Origin: Adineta vaga
Lineage: Eukaryota; Animalia; Rotifera
Assembly (NCBI GenBank): GCA_021613535.1
Contig: CP075494.1
Location: 372,001 to 436,000 of the forward strand
Reading direction: 5' to 3'
DNA: 64,000 nt
Shown here: in pieces, positions 35,681 to 50,090 of the stretch
Position numbering within the stretch: position 1 is the stretch's first letter
Layout of the letters: every line of letters begins with the position of its first letter
Translations under genes and position numbers: made by a program
The notes under the pieces: generated by a model
Told to the model about the DNA's origin: nothing
Database searches by the model: none
What the model saw: the letters and a program-made list of their open reading frames with translations, nothing else

Positions 35681-36018
35681 TTATTGGTACAACAAGCTAA
35701 ATAATTGTATAGGTATATTCATCTCAACCGTCCTGTTGTTGAGAACGTCAAGAATTATTTATTTTGAAGACTTACTTGTTGGTTTTGACACTGTGATAGC
35801 TGTTGTCACTTGATCAGCTATAAATAATAAAAATTTATTTTTCTCTTTTCAAAAGTTCATTCAATTTTTTACAGTTCACATAATTGTATTTATTGAATCC
35901 GGTTTGCTTTGTTCTGTTGTCATGAAAAGTGGTAAAGTGGATGTTACGCTATTACTGTTTGTTCCATTTAGAAATATACAGTCGAAAAAAACGGCCTGTT
36001 GTAGTTGTTTGTCTGTTA

Positions 36019-36640
36019 TTATTGTAACTCCGTCCCATTGAAGATCGCTGTAACCAATGATGAATGTTTGAAAACAACATTATCCAAACGAGATCCATCA
36101 AATGTGGCTCCATCGAGATTTACAGAGTGAAATGAAGATTCAACAAGTGAAACTTGATCAAAATGACCACAAGTCATATTTAATGAAAGAAGTCCATTAG
36201 TTTGACTCTTCATATGAATATAATCAAAGTTCAATCCATTTAATTGTATAATATCATCAAGTTTTTGTGTGTGATTATCATTATTCCAACATTGACGACC
36301 AATTAAACCTTTTTGTTTGAGAAAATCTAAGCTTTCTACTTTCATTTCTGGATTCCATTGTCGATTTGCAGACCAATAATGCGCATTTGCAAATACCCAT
36401 GGTTTTTCTGATTTGTTCAATGGACCATCTTTATGTAATACAAATAGATATCTTGTAGAAATCGATCATAAACTCGTTGTTGACGTAATTTTTCCACTAC
36501 TTGTAAATCAAAGTGACGATTGGCTTCAGCTTCTTTTGATTTTTGTTGACTATCAACTGTTGTATACGCACAGATTGCAAGTGGTACAGCAGCAGCACAA
36601 AGAAATGAAAGTAGTTGATTGAATGTTAATATAAAATATT
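36019..36640 (-). pseudogene. TM + pentapeptide-repeat protein fragment
   Basis: ESSFHSVNLDGATFDGSRLDNVVFKHSSLVTAIFNGTELQ pentapeptide periodicity; upstream hydrophobic segment in another frame. Confidence 0.6.
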
Positions 36641-37095
36641 TTGGTTTTGATGGTGATTTAATCGTATCACTAGACTCAATCTTATTCGAGATTTATCCGT
36701 TTGATAAAATGATTCTTTAGACTACGTCTGTCTATTTAATCAATAGTTATTGACGTCAATGACTGATTTTTATATGTATCGATGAATTGACACGTTGTTC
36801 AAAATTATATAAAACTAAATGCGCTTATAAACACGTTTATTGACATTAGTGAATCAGCTAGTATTTTAAATCAATCTTGTTAGACGTGTGTCGAAGAGAT
36901 TTATTCAACATGACTTTTTCGAAAATTTGCATATCGCTGTCATCCACACTCTCATTTTGATAATTTGTGAGGTTTTTAAATACGAGAGAAGACATTCCCA
37001 TCTATACTCGCAACCACTCTCGACGTGATCATACAGTCTTTTTCAGATGAATTGTAATAATATAACTCTCATCATCACGCTATAGCAGTTTAAAA

Positions 37096-40000
37096 ATGGC
37101 AAAGTGTATCGCAGTGATTTCTCTCCTCATTCTTGCCTTCGCGAGCGCACAAATTTTGTTGTATAATACTGAAAATCAACGATTCACCGAGAAATTCGAT
37201 TGCCTTTACTATCATGACGATGATACTGGTGATATCATCGCATACTGTCAACGTCCTTACAGAAGTCAATCACTCAATCGAAATGGAACTCATTGTTACA
37301 ATGATAGCCAAAAACTATTCTTTAATAATCTCATTGATCTACAAGTTCATCCCAGTCAAGCTTTCCAATGGAGTTGGACCATCGAAATTGCTGATCTCTA
37401 TGCTCTCATCTTCTACAATCGATCACTTTTACATAAGTATCCAGATGCATTCGTATGTAACTGTACACGATCAGGAACCTTTGGCAAGTATTGTGAATAC
37501 CAACTAACACATGATCAATTAAGATTCAGTCAAGCCGTCAAGAAACAGTTCAAACAGAAGAAAGATAGTGATTCATGGAATACACAGCGATATGGAAAAA
37601 TTCTTTGTTATGAAACACTACTTTGTCCATTAAGTCCTCTGTGTCTTGATTGGCGAGAGATATGCGATGGTGTACAGAGATGTGAAAATGGTATCGATGA
37701 AGAAAATTGTGACATGCTAGAATTCAATGAATGTGAAGATGATGAATTTCGATGTGCAAATGGAATGTGCATTGCTGAAGAATTTTGGCTGGATGGTGAG
37801 TTTTTCTTGATACGAAAAATTGTGTCTCATAATTACAGCGCTCGTAGGTGATTTTGATTGTATGGATTGGAGTGATGAATATTTTGATGGCTTTGGAAAC
37901 TTATGTCCATTCGAACCAAAAGCCATGATATGTGATGAGCATTTGTGTATAATAAACAGGTATTCGTGTGGTGACGGAGAATGTGTTCATTGGCTCGCTC
38001 GAATGCCATTTCAGCGATTGACTCAACCAATGGACGATTGTTTCAACAAGCGAAATCTTAACTACATGTGTGAAACGAGTAGAAACAAAGCTTTGTGGAC
38101 ACAGGAAGATGGCCTGTGCAATCCAGATCGAGGTTTTAATGATTATCGATACCCACCATGGCACAAGGCACTCACCTTTCGAAACCTTACTGATGATGAA
38201 AAATGTGAATATCTCTTTCGATGTGGTTGGTCAAGAGGATTTGAAAGTGATTGCCCATGTGATCATCTGAATTGCTCGCACATTATGATTGATGTGTGTC
38301 CCGAATCTGACCGCCTCATTATATATCCGCCACCAAGGCTAATCAATCCAAACATCTTCATTTTCTATAACTATACTTACACGTTGGAAAATCCTTACAT
38401 GCATCTTTTCACACTTTCTGGAGCTTTTAGATGTCGGGGTTATTTATTTCAATTGAACACATACTTGCCAGTTATATTGCAGTTAGGATTGATAGCTAGC
38501 TCTCGAATCGCTCAAGTGCTCTGTGTAAAATATTTTCTGCCCGCTGGCATTCCAGATTTCTCTTCGGTTCATCAGTATGATAAGTTCTGTTGGAATGAAT
38601 CACTGACATTCAATGGGCATCCCTATGCCGTTAATCCTGATGTTTGCAAAGATGGAGCAGGCGAATGTATATCGCATTATCGAATTCGTGATGCCTATTT
38701 CAATTGCTTCTATAATCTTGACGAAAGAATAACCTCAGAAAAGACTTATTGCACAGGAAGAGTTGGGCGACAACGTTTTCAGTGCTATAGTAATGAGCGA
38801 AAATGTCTCCCAGTTTTTGCTTTGGGAACAGGGAACGTAGATTGTTCGAATGAGTACGACGAAAAATGGTTTGGAACAGGAACTTCTCTTCGACATCAAC
38901 TTCCATGTTTTCAACATCAAACTGATGGTTGTCATGATGCCAAGACATACATTCAAGATTCATCTGCATCTAACATCAATCAAACATACAATATTTCTTT
39001 GGCTACATACCAACGAGAAGATACCATAAAAATAATCTCTCATAATCGATATTGTGACACCTTCTGGGATTTACTTGGGCACGGCGATGAAGACTCTTCT
39101 GCATGTCAACAGTGGATATGTCCAAAAGATCAGTACAAATGTCAAACAGGGCAGTGTATTCCTGTAGGGTGGGTGTGTGATGGTGAATGGGACTGTTCTG
39201 ATGCATCTGATGAAGAAGCTATCGTACTCATCAAACAATGGTCGATGCATAACAGCAATCTAACAAATTTATCTGATCGTCTCGCACTATGTAAAGAACG
39301 ATATAAAAAGACGCCATTCTCAAACAAGTGTAATACTTCTTTTGAATTCGGTTGCTATCGATCTGGAGTATCGAATCCACTAGATATCGACTCAAATCAT
39401 CCTTGTATTAATCTTAGTCAGATCGGTGATGAAGTGGAAGATTGTTATAATGCTTATGATGAAAGAAACACATTCACAGCACAATCAACTGTAGGAGGAA
39501 TGTGGGGTTTTCATGCTCAATGTGACAAAATTCACCGAAGATACACTGATACCTGTATCATTAGCACGAATATTATTTGCAGCGATGTTCTGTGTTCAAT
39601 TTTTCGAGATAAAGATGGAGTATGTTCCGCAGAAAAAGATTTTTTGTGTATTAAAGATAATCAATGCAAGAAAAACAAACGATGTGATGGAAGTTTTGAT
39701 TGTGAGTATGGTGAAGATGAATATTGGTGTCCTTCGGGGTCACTTGCAAACCAGAATATGTATCGTTTTGACAAAATAGGCACTTCTAAAAAGCCCATAA
39801 CATCTAGCCTAGTCAGGTCTTATCCATTAATAGAAACGCTGCAAGATAATCAATTCGAGCAAGAAGAAAATACATCGACACTTGAACCTCAAGATAATGG
39901 ATCCTTTATAGCTCATTCGTATCAGTGTAATCGAGGAATAGCTGTTATTGAACTCAATCAAACTACATGTCTTTGTCCACCCGCTTATTTTGGTCGTTGG

Positions 40001-42389
40001 TGTGAATTCTTCACAGATCGCATTACTGTCATCGCACATCTTGATCAAACAACGTTACCCAAAATAATTGCTAATCTCACACTCAAAATCAAAACGAATT
40101 TATTCTTCAAAGATCAACTCATCGATCAACATCAGTTCATCGTCGTTCCAACTATGGAAAGAATAAAAAAGATCAAATATCGATTCTATCTGTTGTACTC
40201 ACGTTCAACTCCTATGCTCAAGCACAAACGAAATCGTTACTTTGATCGAAGTGATATTGTCAATAATCACACATATTCTATTCACTTTGATCTTTTTACT
40301 TTGGAGATAAATAAAAGTATTGAAGAAATCGGTTCCTGGTATTATCCAATTTATTTCGATTACCTACCATCACATCGTCTAGCTGTTGTCTTACGATTTC
40401 CCCAATCTTTTGCTAATCAAACATTCTCGATTTGTTCTCATTACAATTGTAACCAGAATTCTACATGTTTACCAGTTTTCAATCAAAATCATTCTTACTA
40501 TTGTTCTTGCAAACATGGATACTATGGAAAACATTGTGAGTTTTATGAGCCACGTTGTGAAGTATATTGTTCATCTAATGCACTTTGTCGACGAGATGAT
40601 CATGAACAATTGAATCAGAGTACAAATCCATATTGTATCTGTCCATTCAATCAGTTTGGCCCACGGTGTAGCTTGAAATATGATGGTTGTGACTCTGAAC
40701 CATGTTTGAATGGTGGCATTTGTCATCCCACTTATGATTTAAGCTGGAAAAAATCTTTCGTTTGTATGTGCTCGAAAGGATTCTATGGAGATCGATGTCA
40801 AAAATCACCATCATCAGTTCATATACGTTTCAATAATACAAGCATTTCTTTAGTTCGTGCAGCTGTTATTCAGCTCTACAGTATCCTAGGCTCATCTTTA
40901 GAATTCTCTATCAAACATCAACAAGTCTATCAGGATTTACCATCGATCATGACTGTCAATCATCCTGAAACAATGGCTCCTCCGATTGGCCTGCTGAAAA
41001 TCTATGATCATTTTTTAATGTCAAAATATTTCCTCCTATACAGTCTAAGACAATCATTAATCAATATTACTTCTTCACCAAGACATTGTCCATTAGCTTC
41101 ATCATATCTATCTCAAGGTATTTGCCTCAAGATTCGTTATAAACAAGTCAAGGATTTCTTTGTTTTTGTTTTTAGATATGAATCCATCAATCGCTGATGT
41201 TTTTAAATATCATCAGATCTGTCAGAACGATACGGATCGATTTTGTTTCCATGATCAGGATTATTTTTGTATATGTGAACCTGACAACTATCGTGCACAA
41301 TGCTTTCTTTTTCCATCACAAATCGATCACTGTGACAAGTGTCTGTCTACAGGCAAATGTATTCGAGGGGATCCAAAGGCTAGCGATGATTTCATGTGTC
41401 TTTGTCCATCATGTCACTACGGACATCGCTGTGAATCAAGTTTACATGCATTTGGCTTTACTTTGGATTCACTATTAATTAACAGTTTGAAACGAGTAAA
41501 GATTGCCTATCTTTCAATAGTTTTTCTACTATTTCTTATTGGTCTGTTCAATAATTTCTGTTCGTTTGTAACTTTTATGCGGCAAGTACCTCGAAAGGTT
41601 GGCACTGGAAATTATCTTCTCATCGTAACATGCTTGAACCAATTGGCTCTACTTTGTTTGCTGTTGAAATTTATTTCAATTACACTCAATACAGTAGAGT
41701 TATATTCGTGTCAAACGATTTCTTACTTATTCTCAGTATTCTCACGATCAACATATTGGCTAACTAGTTGTGTTAGTATTGATCGTCTTCTTTTACTACT
41801 CTATCCAACATCAATATCTTTAAAACGTCCTTGCCTAGCCATTGGCATCAGCATTTGCATATTTATTCTTCTACTTGGCATGCATATTCATGAAATCATT
41901 TATTATACAGTCATACAGCACCAATCGACTAATGCTTTGATGTGTGTCACAAACTTTAATACTATTCCGATCTTAACTTACAATCGTGTCTCTACAATGA
42001 TTCATTATCTTGCTCCTTTTCTCATTCAAGTCATCTCTGTAACTTCACTCATAGTCATGATTGCTCGTAGTCGAATGAAAATAGCTACAAAAAAGATGGA
42101 CTTTCTTCAAATGTTTAACAAACAGTTTCAAAATCAAAAAGAACTCTATATCACACCGACGATTATCATTCTCTCTGCTCTACCACAACTCATATTGTCA
42201 TTCAGTTTTGCCTGTAGTTCATTCAATGACTCGCAACGTCATACATTACTCATTACATATCTATTGTCGTATGTTCCACAGATTCTTGGCTTCGTACTCT
42301 TCGTTCTACCATCAAATACTTACAAGAACGAATTTTTCGAAACAGCTATGGCTAAGAACTATTTAGCATGGAGGTCGAAGAAGAAATGA
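37096..42389 (+). CDS. Large LDL-receptor class A + EGF repeat + rhodopsin-like 7TM receptor (exons 37096-37795, 37848-41117, 41176-42389; 1727 aa)
   Basis: Signal peptide; several LDLa modules (CDGEWDCSDASDE); EGF modules; 7TM with SIDR at TM3; two phase-1 GT-AG introns give a continuous 5184-nt frame. Confidence 0.92.
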
Positions 42390-42560
42390 AACAATCAAAT
42401 TTTGTTAGATAGGATGTGAATACAATAGAGTATGAATACAATGTCGAATGTTTATTTTGAAACGCGTAGCATTTGATTTAAACCGAATTAGCTGCATAGT
42501 TGATGGATTTCGATCTTTTTTATTGACGTGTATACTAAATGATGGTTATTTGATAGAGAA

Positions 42561-42597
42561 AGGGTGTGGGTGTAGCTTCAAATCGATACCTTCACCT
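42561..42597. repeat. Short HTE
   Basis: agggtgtgggtg-tagcttcaaatcga-taccttcacct. Confidence 0.6.
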
Positions 42598-43013
42598 GAA
42601 GTTCGTATTCGTAGAAGCTTTTGAGAATGTAGATATTTAATTCTCATATCTAGAAAATGACATATGTAAATAGATGTGCGCTTGCATCAATTACGGTTAA
42701 CGAAGAAAGCAGTGCCACATATCTTATAAATTGGAGATCCTGAATATGATCACAGCGATGCATATCCTAGCATCTTTTGTATGTTTAGAAGCCTTTCCAA
42801 CATCTTCGATCTCCAGAATATGTGACATCACTCAGTACTTATTTATTAGAAGAAATAATAATCGGAAGTTTATAAAATAGTGAAGTAGCTGTGAGTTTTA
42901 CTCAGGCACAGTAGTATTTAACATTTCCAGCCAGAACCGTGTGTGTTGGTTCAAATAAAGAATCGATACTCAAATCCTCAACTTCCAAATGAAATTATGT
43001 TTTCTTTTATTTT

Positions 43014-46000
43014 TTATAAATTTGTATTGTTAACAAGATTTCCTTTGTAATAATGATGTCTAAAACCAACATTTAGTTCAGTGAGCGTCTAAAGAGAGAA
43101 AGAAAAACTATTAAAATAATGAAATAAAATTGAATTACATTGTTAAATTTCAATAAGTCTCGAAGATAATTCATTCCAACATCTCCAATAGTATTACCCG
43201 AAACATCAAGTTGCTCTAGTGTCTAAAAATACATGTTCAATGATGAATCAATTCCTTGAATCACATCTTCGTTTACTTTATTTATTTTTAATGCTTGTGA
43301 AAGATATTCGATTCCTTTTTCATCAATTTGATTTCCTTGAAGATTCAATGAAATTAATGTCTAACGGAAAAAAAACGAATCAATAAGAATAGAAAAAAAT
43401 GATAAATTTTACTGTATTTGTCTCTAAAGCATCAGCAAGATATTTTATTCCACGAGAATCAATTTGATTAATACTAAGATTTAATTTTTGTAGTGTCTAT
43501 ATTTGATTGGAGAAATTAAAATAGAAAATGAATGTAAGATAAAGAATATTAACAATATTAGTTTGTAAAATATCAGCGATGATTTTCGTTTCTTCATTAT
43601 TAATTTGATTATTAGATAAATCAATTTCTTTGATTTGATTTCTTTTAAGTATATTTACAAGAGATGGAACTTCTTCGATTGCTATCCAATTATTACTTAA
43701 TCTTAATATACTCAGCGTCTATATTACAAAACGAAATTCAATAAATAGAAACGATAAATTCATTAAAATCTACTGTATTATTTTGTAAAACATCAGCGAG
43801 ACTTTCTGCACCTCTTGATTCCATATCAACACCAGAAAGCATCAATGTTTCTAATGTCTAATTATTTCTTTGGGATAAATTATCGATTTAATAAGAATAT
43901 TGAAACTCACATTCATCTTTTTTAAAACCGAAGAAAGATTTATTATCTGATCATCACCTATTCGATTCTTATGTAAACATAAAGTGGTTAATGTCTATAG
44001 AGAGAAAAAGAGAGATAAATAATCATGAAATATCAAATCTACCGTATGATTTTGAAGAAGATCAATTAAATCTTCTACTACATATGAAAATAAATTAGTA
44101 TTTATTAAATGTAATGTACGAAGTGTCTGATGAAGAAAAATAAAAGAAAGAATTTGAAAAGTAAAACTATATTTAATATTCATACATAGCTATTTAATAA
44201 TATATTACTAAGACGTTGAACTAAATTTTTCTTAAATGATCCGCCTATGATTTCTGGTGGAAGAAGTGTCTTTATGCCAAATGAAATATAGAAAAATCTT
44301 TAAAAGAAGAAGAAAAAAAAGATTTACTTGATCATTTCGTACATTGATACCTATTTGAAATAATCGTTTCTTCGAAAATATACGATTGTCCATATGCAAT
44401 ACTTCTATAGTCTATAAATAAATAATAATAATAATACAAATCGATGATTTTACTATGTACTAACCATAGTATTTTCTAATTCATTCGAACTGCTTCCATG
44501 AATTTTAATATGTAATCTTTTTAAAGACTATTTCAAAGAATGTGTTTATATGTGAAATTAAAAATAAAATACTGTATTATAACGCAAAACATCACCGATA
44601 TATTGTACACCAATAGATTGGATAGATTTCTTGTCGAAATTGACAAATGATGTCTATTTGGATAAGCAAATATTTGATAAAGTGAAAAAAAACAAATATT
44701 ACTGAGCATTTTTGTATGCATACGAATATTCTAGGAGTTTGACAATATCCGTTTACATTTGGTTCAGCATCGGATTGTGAAATTATCTGAATAGAAGAGA
44801 ATTAGGTAGAAAAAAAACCGAATTACTCGAAAAAGGTTACTGTGTTGCTGCGTAAGAAATAAATCGTAGAATATTCGGGTGGTGAATTATATCTTCTATG
44901 TTTTGTTTTGGTAATACAATTAAAATCGAATTCAATAAGTGTTGTTTGTGTCTTTAGATGAGAAAATGAAATAAAAAGATCAAGAGAAAATCATCATTTT
45001 AGATACTTGATTATTTTGTAGAGCATCAGTCAAGTAAAGTATTCCAATAATTCCAACTTCATTACCAGTAAGATTCAATTCCTCTAGTGTCTATAGGAAA
45101 ATGACTCGTAGAAAAGAAATATGACGTGAAATGTTATCACTTGATTTTCTCGCAAGGCATCAGCAAGATATTTTGCTCCTTCACCATGAATTGAATTAAA
45201 TTGTAAACTAAGTTTTTCCAGTGTCTAATCAAAAAGAGAATATATTTGAAATGATTAGAGAATATTATTTACTGTATTTTGTCGTAGAACATCAGCGAGA
45301 ATTTTAACACCTGCATCGTCAATATCAGAATGATCCAAGATGATTTGTTTTAAGTTCTAAGAATATAAAAGATATCAAATGAACTTCAAAAAATCAAAAA
45401 TTACATGATCATTTTTTATTTGAAATGATGTTCTAACAGCTTTCCAGTATCTACATTTATTGTCATGTAAGGATAATTCAATAAGAGTCTAGATATAAGA
45501 AAGAAAGGAGAAATAAAATCTTTTCAAAAGAAACCAAAAACATACTGTATTATTCTGTAATTCATTGTATAAACATTCTACTCCACGTAGATCAATTTTA
45601 TTTTTATCAAGATTGAGTATGGATATAGTCTTTATATAAAAAAAAAACATCGTGAATGTCAAATATGGTAGACAGAAATAGAGATTACTTTGTTAATTTT
45701 GAATGTGAAAGCAATATCTCTCGCACCATCATCACCAATACGGTTTCTGGAAAGACTGATCCTTTCAAGTGTCTAGATGTTGAAAAGAAATGAAATTTTC
45801 TGTTTAATAAAATACATATAGAATTACATTGTTAATTTGTAATACATCGGATAAATATTTTGCTCCATTGTCTGTAATTTTGTTTTCACGAAGATTCAAT
45901 TCTTTCAGTGTCTAAGTAAGATTCGATAAAACCAATTCAAAGAATATGAGAAGGCGTGATTATACTATATTCTTATGTAATGCTTTACAAATACAAAGCA

Positions 46001-48700
46001 TTCCTTCATCATCAATTTTATTTGATGGCATGCCGAGTGTTATCAATGTCTATATAAATAATAAAAGATAAAGAAAACAAAAGCAAACAATGATCGACAC
46101 TTTGTTAATTTTCAAAAGATCAGCCATGTGTTTAGCTCCTTCGTTTCTGATATAATTGTCATCGAGATTCAATGTAGTAAGTGTCTGTGCAAAAGATTTA
46201 TAGAACTAAAGGAAAACAACACGAAATTGAATATCGTCACCATATTCTCTCGTAAAGCGTTAGCAAGATATTTTGCTCCTTCAGCTGTAATCCCATTACG
46301 TCTTAATTCGAGGTGTTTTAGTGTCTGAATGGAAAAAAAAATGTTAAATTAAATATTGAAAACGATTAGAGAATATTAATAACTGTGTTATGTTGCAGAG
46401 CATTAGCTATAATCTTGGCTCCCGTATCGTGAAAATAAGCCGACAATGAAATTTTTGTTAGAGACTAAAAATAAAAGAGAGAAACAAATAAAAATTGATA
46501 ATCATTTAAAACCAAGACTACAGGATCATTTTTCATTTGTCTTGAAGTTTCAATAGCTTTATAATAATCTCTTCCATTCCATTCTAAAGATATTTTAACG
46601 CCAGTCTGCGTATAGAAACGAAAAGATGAATATAATTTTGTCAAAAAACGACGAAATGATATACCATATCTTGTTGTAAATCATCAAATAAATATTGTAG
46701 TTCTGGTACAGTAATTGAATTACAGTTCAGATTGACCGTCGTAACAGTCTATTTACAGATGGTAAAATAATTACCTAATACAGTAGATTATACTACAAAT
46801 TACCGGCTTATTTTTCAATGTAATGGCAAGATCTCTCGCACCATCGTTTCCGATTTTGTTATTTGAAAGATTAATTCTTTCAAGAATCTAAATATAGAAA
46901 ATCAAGTTCAATGTTACACAAAGCAAAGTCAATACAATTACATTATTATTCTGTAATGTCTCAGATAAGGATTTGACTCCATCGTTTGTAATCGAGTTTT
47001 GATGAAGATTCAATTCTTTCAATGTCTAAATAAGAATTAATAAAATTAATTCAAAGAAAACAAAATGATATGTTCAATATCTATAAACAAGAAACGATAA
47101 AGAAAAAGATGTTGAATACCTTATTTATTTTCAAAAGATGAGCTATATGTTTAGCTCCTTCATCTCCAATATCATTGTCACTAAGGTTCAATGTAGTGAG
47201 TGTCTATTTATGTCAGAAGTAGCATACATTTAAACTATCATGAATAAATGAGATTTACCGTATTATTTACTAATGCTTCAACAAGATATTGTGTACCAAG
47301 TGCTCTAATATAATTGTCGTGTAAATCCAGTTCGATGATTGTCTGTTTTTAAAAAGAATAAATATATTTTATATAGTATAAAGCAGATTAACTATATGAA
47401 GTACTTGATTATTTTGTAATGCATGAGCGAGAAATCGCATATGTGAAGCTTTTAAATGTTTTCTACTAAGATCTAGTATGGTGAGTTTCTATATAATAGA
47501 GATGAAATGATTCAGATTAGGACAAAGATATATAATACTTACAACATGTATAGTGTTAAGATTAAGTTCGTCTTTTGCCAGATCATTTATATAATAAATA
47601 TTGTCTTTTGATGAAATCCAACATCGTATGTACCGCCTACCCCAGGTGAATTGATGAATAGGTTTAATAATTGGTATTGTATAAAGTGATATTGTTTGAA
47701 ATCCAAATAAATCGAATACTTGATCACAAATAATAAACCAACGTTTTTCATTGAGCCAAAATGGATGTCGAAATGGTTCTCTTATTGTATCAGGATGAGG
47801 CATATCATTCTCGGAGAATTTACAAGAAATAAAAAATTGAAATTTCTTAAGAAAATCTAATTCATTTCGAATAAAGTTTTCCCATTCATAAATATCATTC
47901 ATAGATTTGAAAATATTATCGGAATAAACTAAGTCGAGTTCACAAAGTTTTGATGTTTTTAAAAGTAATGATCTAAGATGTTCTATTGATAGAGAACAAC
48001 ATGTAATGCTTAGATGTGTTAATTGTGAATTAAATGAGAAATTTAACCAAGGTAAATACAAAGATTTCTCGTCAATATCGATATCTACTACGTGAAATGA
48101 CTCTAAACATGATAATTGATGAAGAAGATATGAATATTCCTTGTAGAAACAACGATTTATTGATAAAAATTTTAATTTACATTGATCGGGCCACGACATT
48201 TCTTCAGCTTTATAAACTAAACTTGTCCAACACAATTTTTGAAGTTTTAATTTTTCAACACATGATAAGACAATAGTAAATGTTGTGCTCTTTATGTCAT
48301 CACTTGAATCAATTGTAAGTGAAACTAATTCAATGTTATTTAACCATATAAATACAGATTGTATACTTGTATTCTTAATATATTCAAGTGTCAAATGACG
48401 AAGTCGTTTGCATTGAAGAATATCACAAATAAGAGCAGGTTCTAAATATTCCAAAGGATTCAACCAGGAACAATTTATTGATACTACACGATCAAATAAA
48501 ACGTGCGAAGGAATGCTTCGTCCTTTTTTTTCATATTGATGAAGATTAACTTTAACTTGAAGTCGATCATAAGATTTTGCAATAGAATGAAGTCTCTTGC
48601 AAACACAAGAAATCGTACATAGAATCGTTTTAATATCACAGAAATCAAAAATACGATGAAATACTTCCACAGGAAGATTGAGTAAAAATGATTGTTCCAT
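43014..48700 (-). CDS. F-box + ribonuclease-inhibitor-like LRR protein, about 30 exons, mostly one 84-nt LRR per exon
   Basis: MEQSFLLNLPVEVFHRIFDF F-box in a 1.16-kb exon, then regular exons TLxxLxLxxNxIxxxGAxxLAxALxxNx separated by 50-95 nt introns; full frame integrity not checked. Confidence 0.85.
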
Positions 48701-49244
48701 TAAAATATATTGATCAGTAATATAATCTATGTGAATAATAAATAAAATAAAAGTCTTCTTTAGAACAACTTTACTCACCCTCTTATCGACACAGTGCGAT
48801 TTAAAAAGAAATAAAAAAGAAAGATTACTAAAAGATATGATGGAAAAAAACCAAAGAAAAAGAAAAAAAGAAGTGTAGTCGTGTTATAAATGATGACAAA
48901 GATGTAATCGTATCATAGTAATTGATTATAAAAAAAAAACATTGTTACTACTGCATAAATGGGTTATAAATAATATTCATTGGAGTAAAGCGAGACACTT
49001 GTATCTCAATCAGATGTTTTAAAAAAATGTCAAGACATTGTTTTTTGTGCTCTTCTCATCGTGACACGACAAAAGCAATTTCGTTTCAACATCTTCGACG
49101 CTGAAGAAAAAGCTTTTAAGATAACTGAGGAAAATAGTCAAGAACATTTATTTGTGTTGTTGCAAAGTTTGAAATGTAATAAATTCTAAGTAAGAAGAGA
49201 TAATAATTAACAATTTATAGATTTTAATTTGATTATTCATCGGA

Positions 49245-49286
49245 TTGATGTTGGTGTCGGTGTCAGTGTAAAGCCACACCCTCAAG
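49245..49286. repeat. HTE directly fused to an FG-GAP fragment
   Basis: ttgatgttggtgtcggtgtcagtgtaaagccacaccctcaag. Confidence 0.7.
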
Positions 49287-49504
49287 TTATATGCGATTTA
49301 AATGGTGATAATTATTTCGATATTATTATTGGAACACCTTCATCAGGTACGATCTATAATCTTTTAGGAAATGGACATGAAACTTTTCAAACACAAACAA
49401 TTTATACGAATCATACAAATGTTTTCATTAATGATACTTGTTATGATATAATTAGTATGAATTTTGTGTCTAATTATATTTATATTCTTTTCAATTCATG
49501 TTAA
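49287..49504 (+). pseudogene. C-terminal FG-GAP/VCBS repeat fragment
   Basis: ICDLNGDNYFDIIIG..LLGNGHETFQTQ..YDII..IYILFNSC*; no N-terminus, begins at the repeat. Confidence 0.7.
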
Positions 49505-49752
49505 TCTTCGACAAATTAAACTAGCATAAACATTTCATCAATATAATTTTCTTTTTACATTCAATCAAAAAAGTGATAGTTATTGTAATTAAAACATTTC
49601 TTTTCATCAAAAGATATTGCTTGAAATTCTCTACAAAGTCATTCAAATTGACTCTGATAAAGATGTTTGTTGTTATTTAACTTTCTAATTTTTTTCATCT
49701 AACAGTCGTTCTACTGGGAAATAGATTTACATTCACGTATATTATATTTATT

Positions 49753-49790
49753 TTGAGGGTGTGGGTGAAGATGTTCATTCCATTACCATA
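49753..49790. repeat. HTE G arm
   Basis: ttgagggtgtgggtgaagatgttcattcc. Confidence 0.7.
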
Positions 49791-50001
49791 TTTATCGAAT
49801 CCATAATTCATATGAATAACATCGAGAGAATGCTTTATATATGTAATTAGAAAGATCATATCAAGTGCTATTAATTTTTTTGAAAATCTGATATGAATCG
49901 TTTTCTTTTCCTATTTCACGAATATTATTTGAAGATTAAGAAATGTAAAATAACCTGTGTTTCTTTTCAGTTTCTTTTTCTTGATGATATTCAAATCAAG
50001 A

Positions 50002-50090
50002 TTCTTGAGGGTGTGCGTATGGGTAAGGATTTACGTTTAATCCAAACTCCCTCAGCCACAGCCACACCCACCCACACCCACACCCTCAGA
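50002..50090. repeat. HTE at the NHL gene 3' end
   Basis: ttcttgagggtgtgcgtatgggta-aggatttacgttta-atcc...cacacccacccacacccacaccctcaga. Confidence 0.9.

Noticed and set aside
37133-41478. Many short alternative-frame and antisense ORFs
   Set aside because: Shadows of the large LDLa-EGF-7TM gene.
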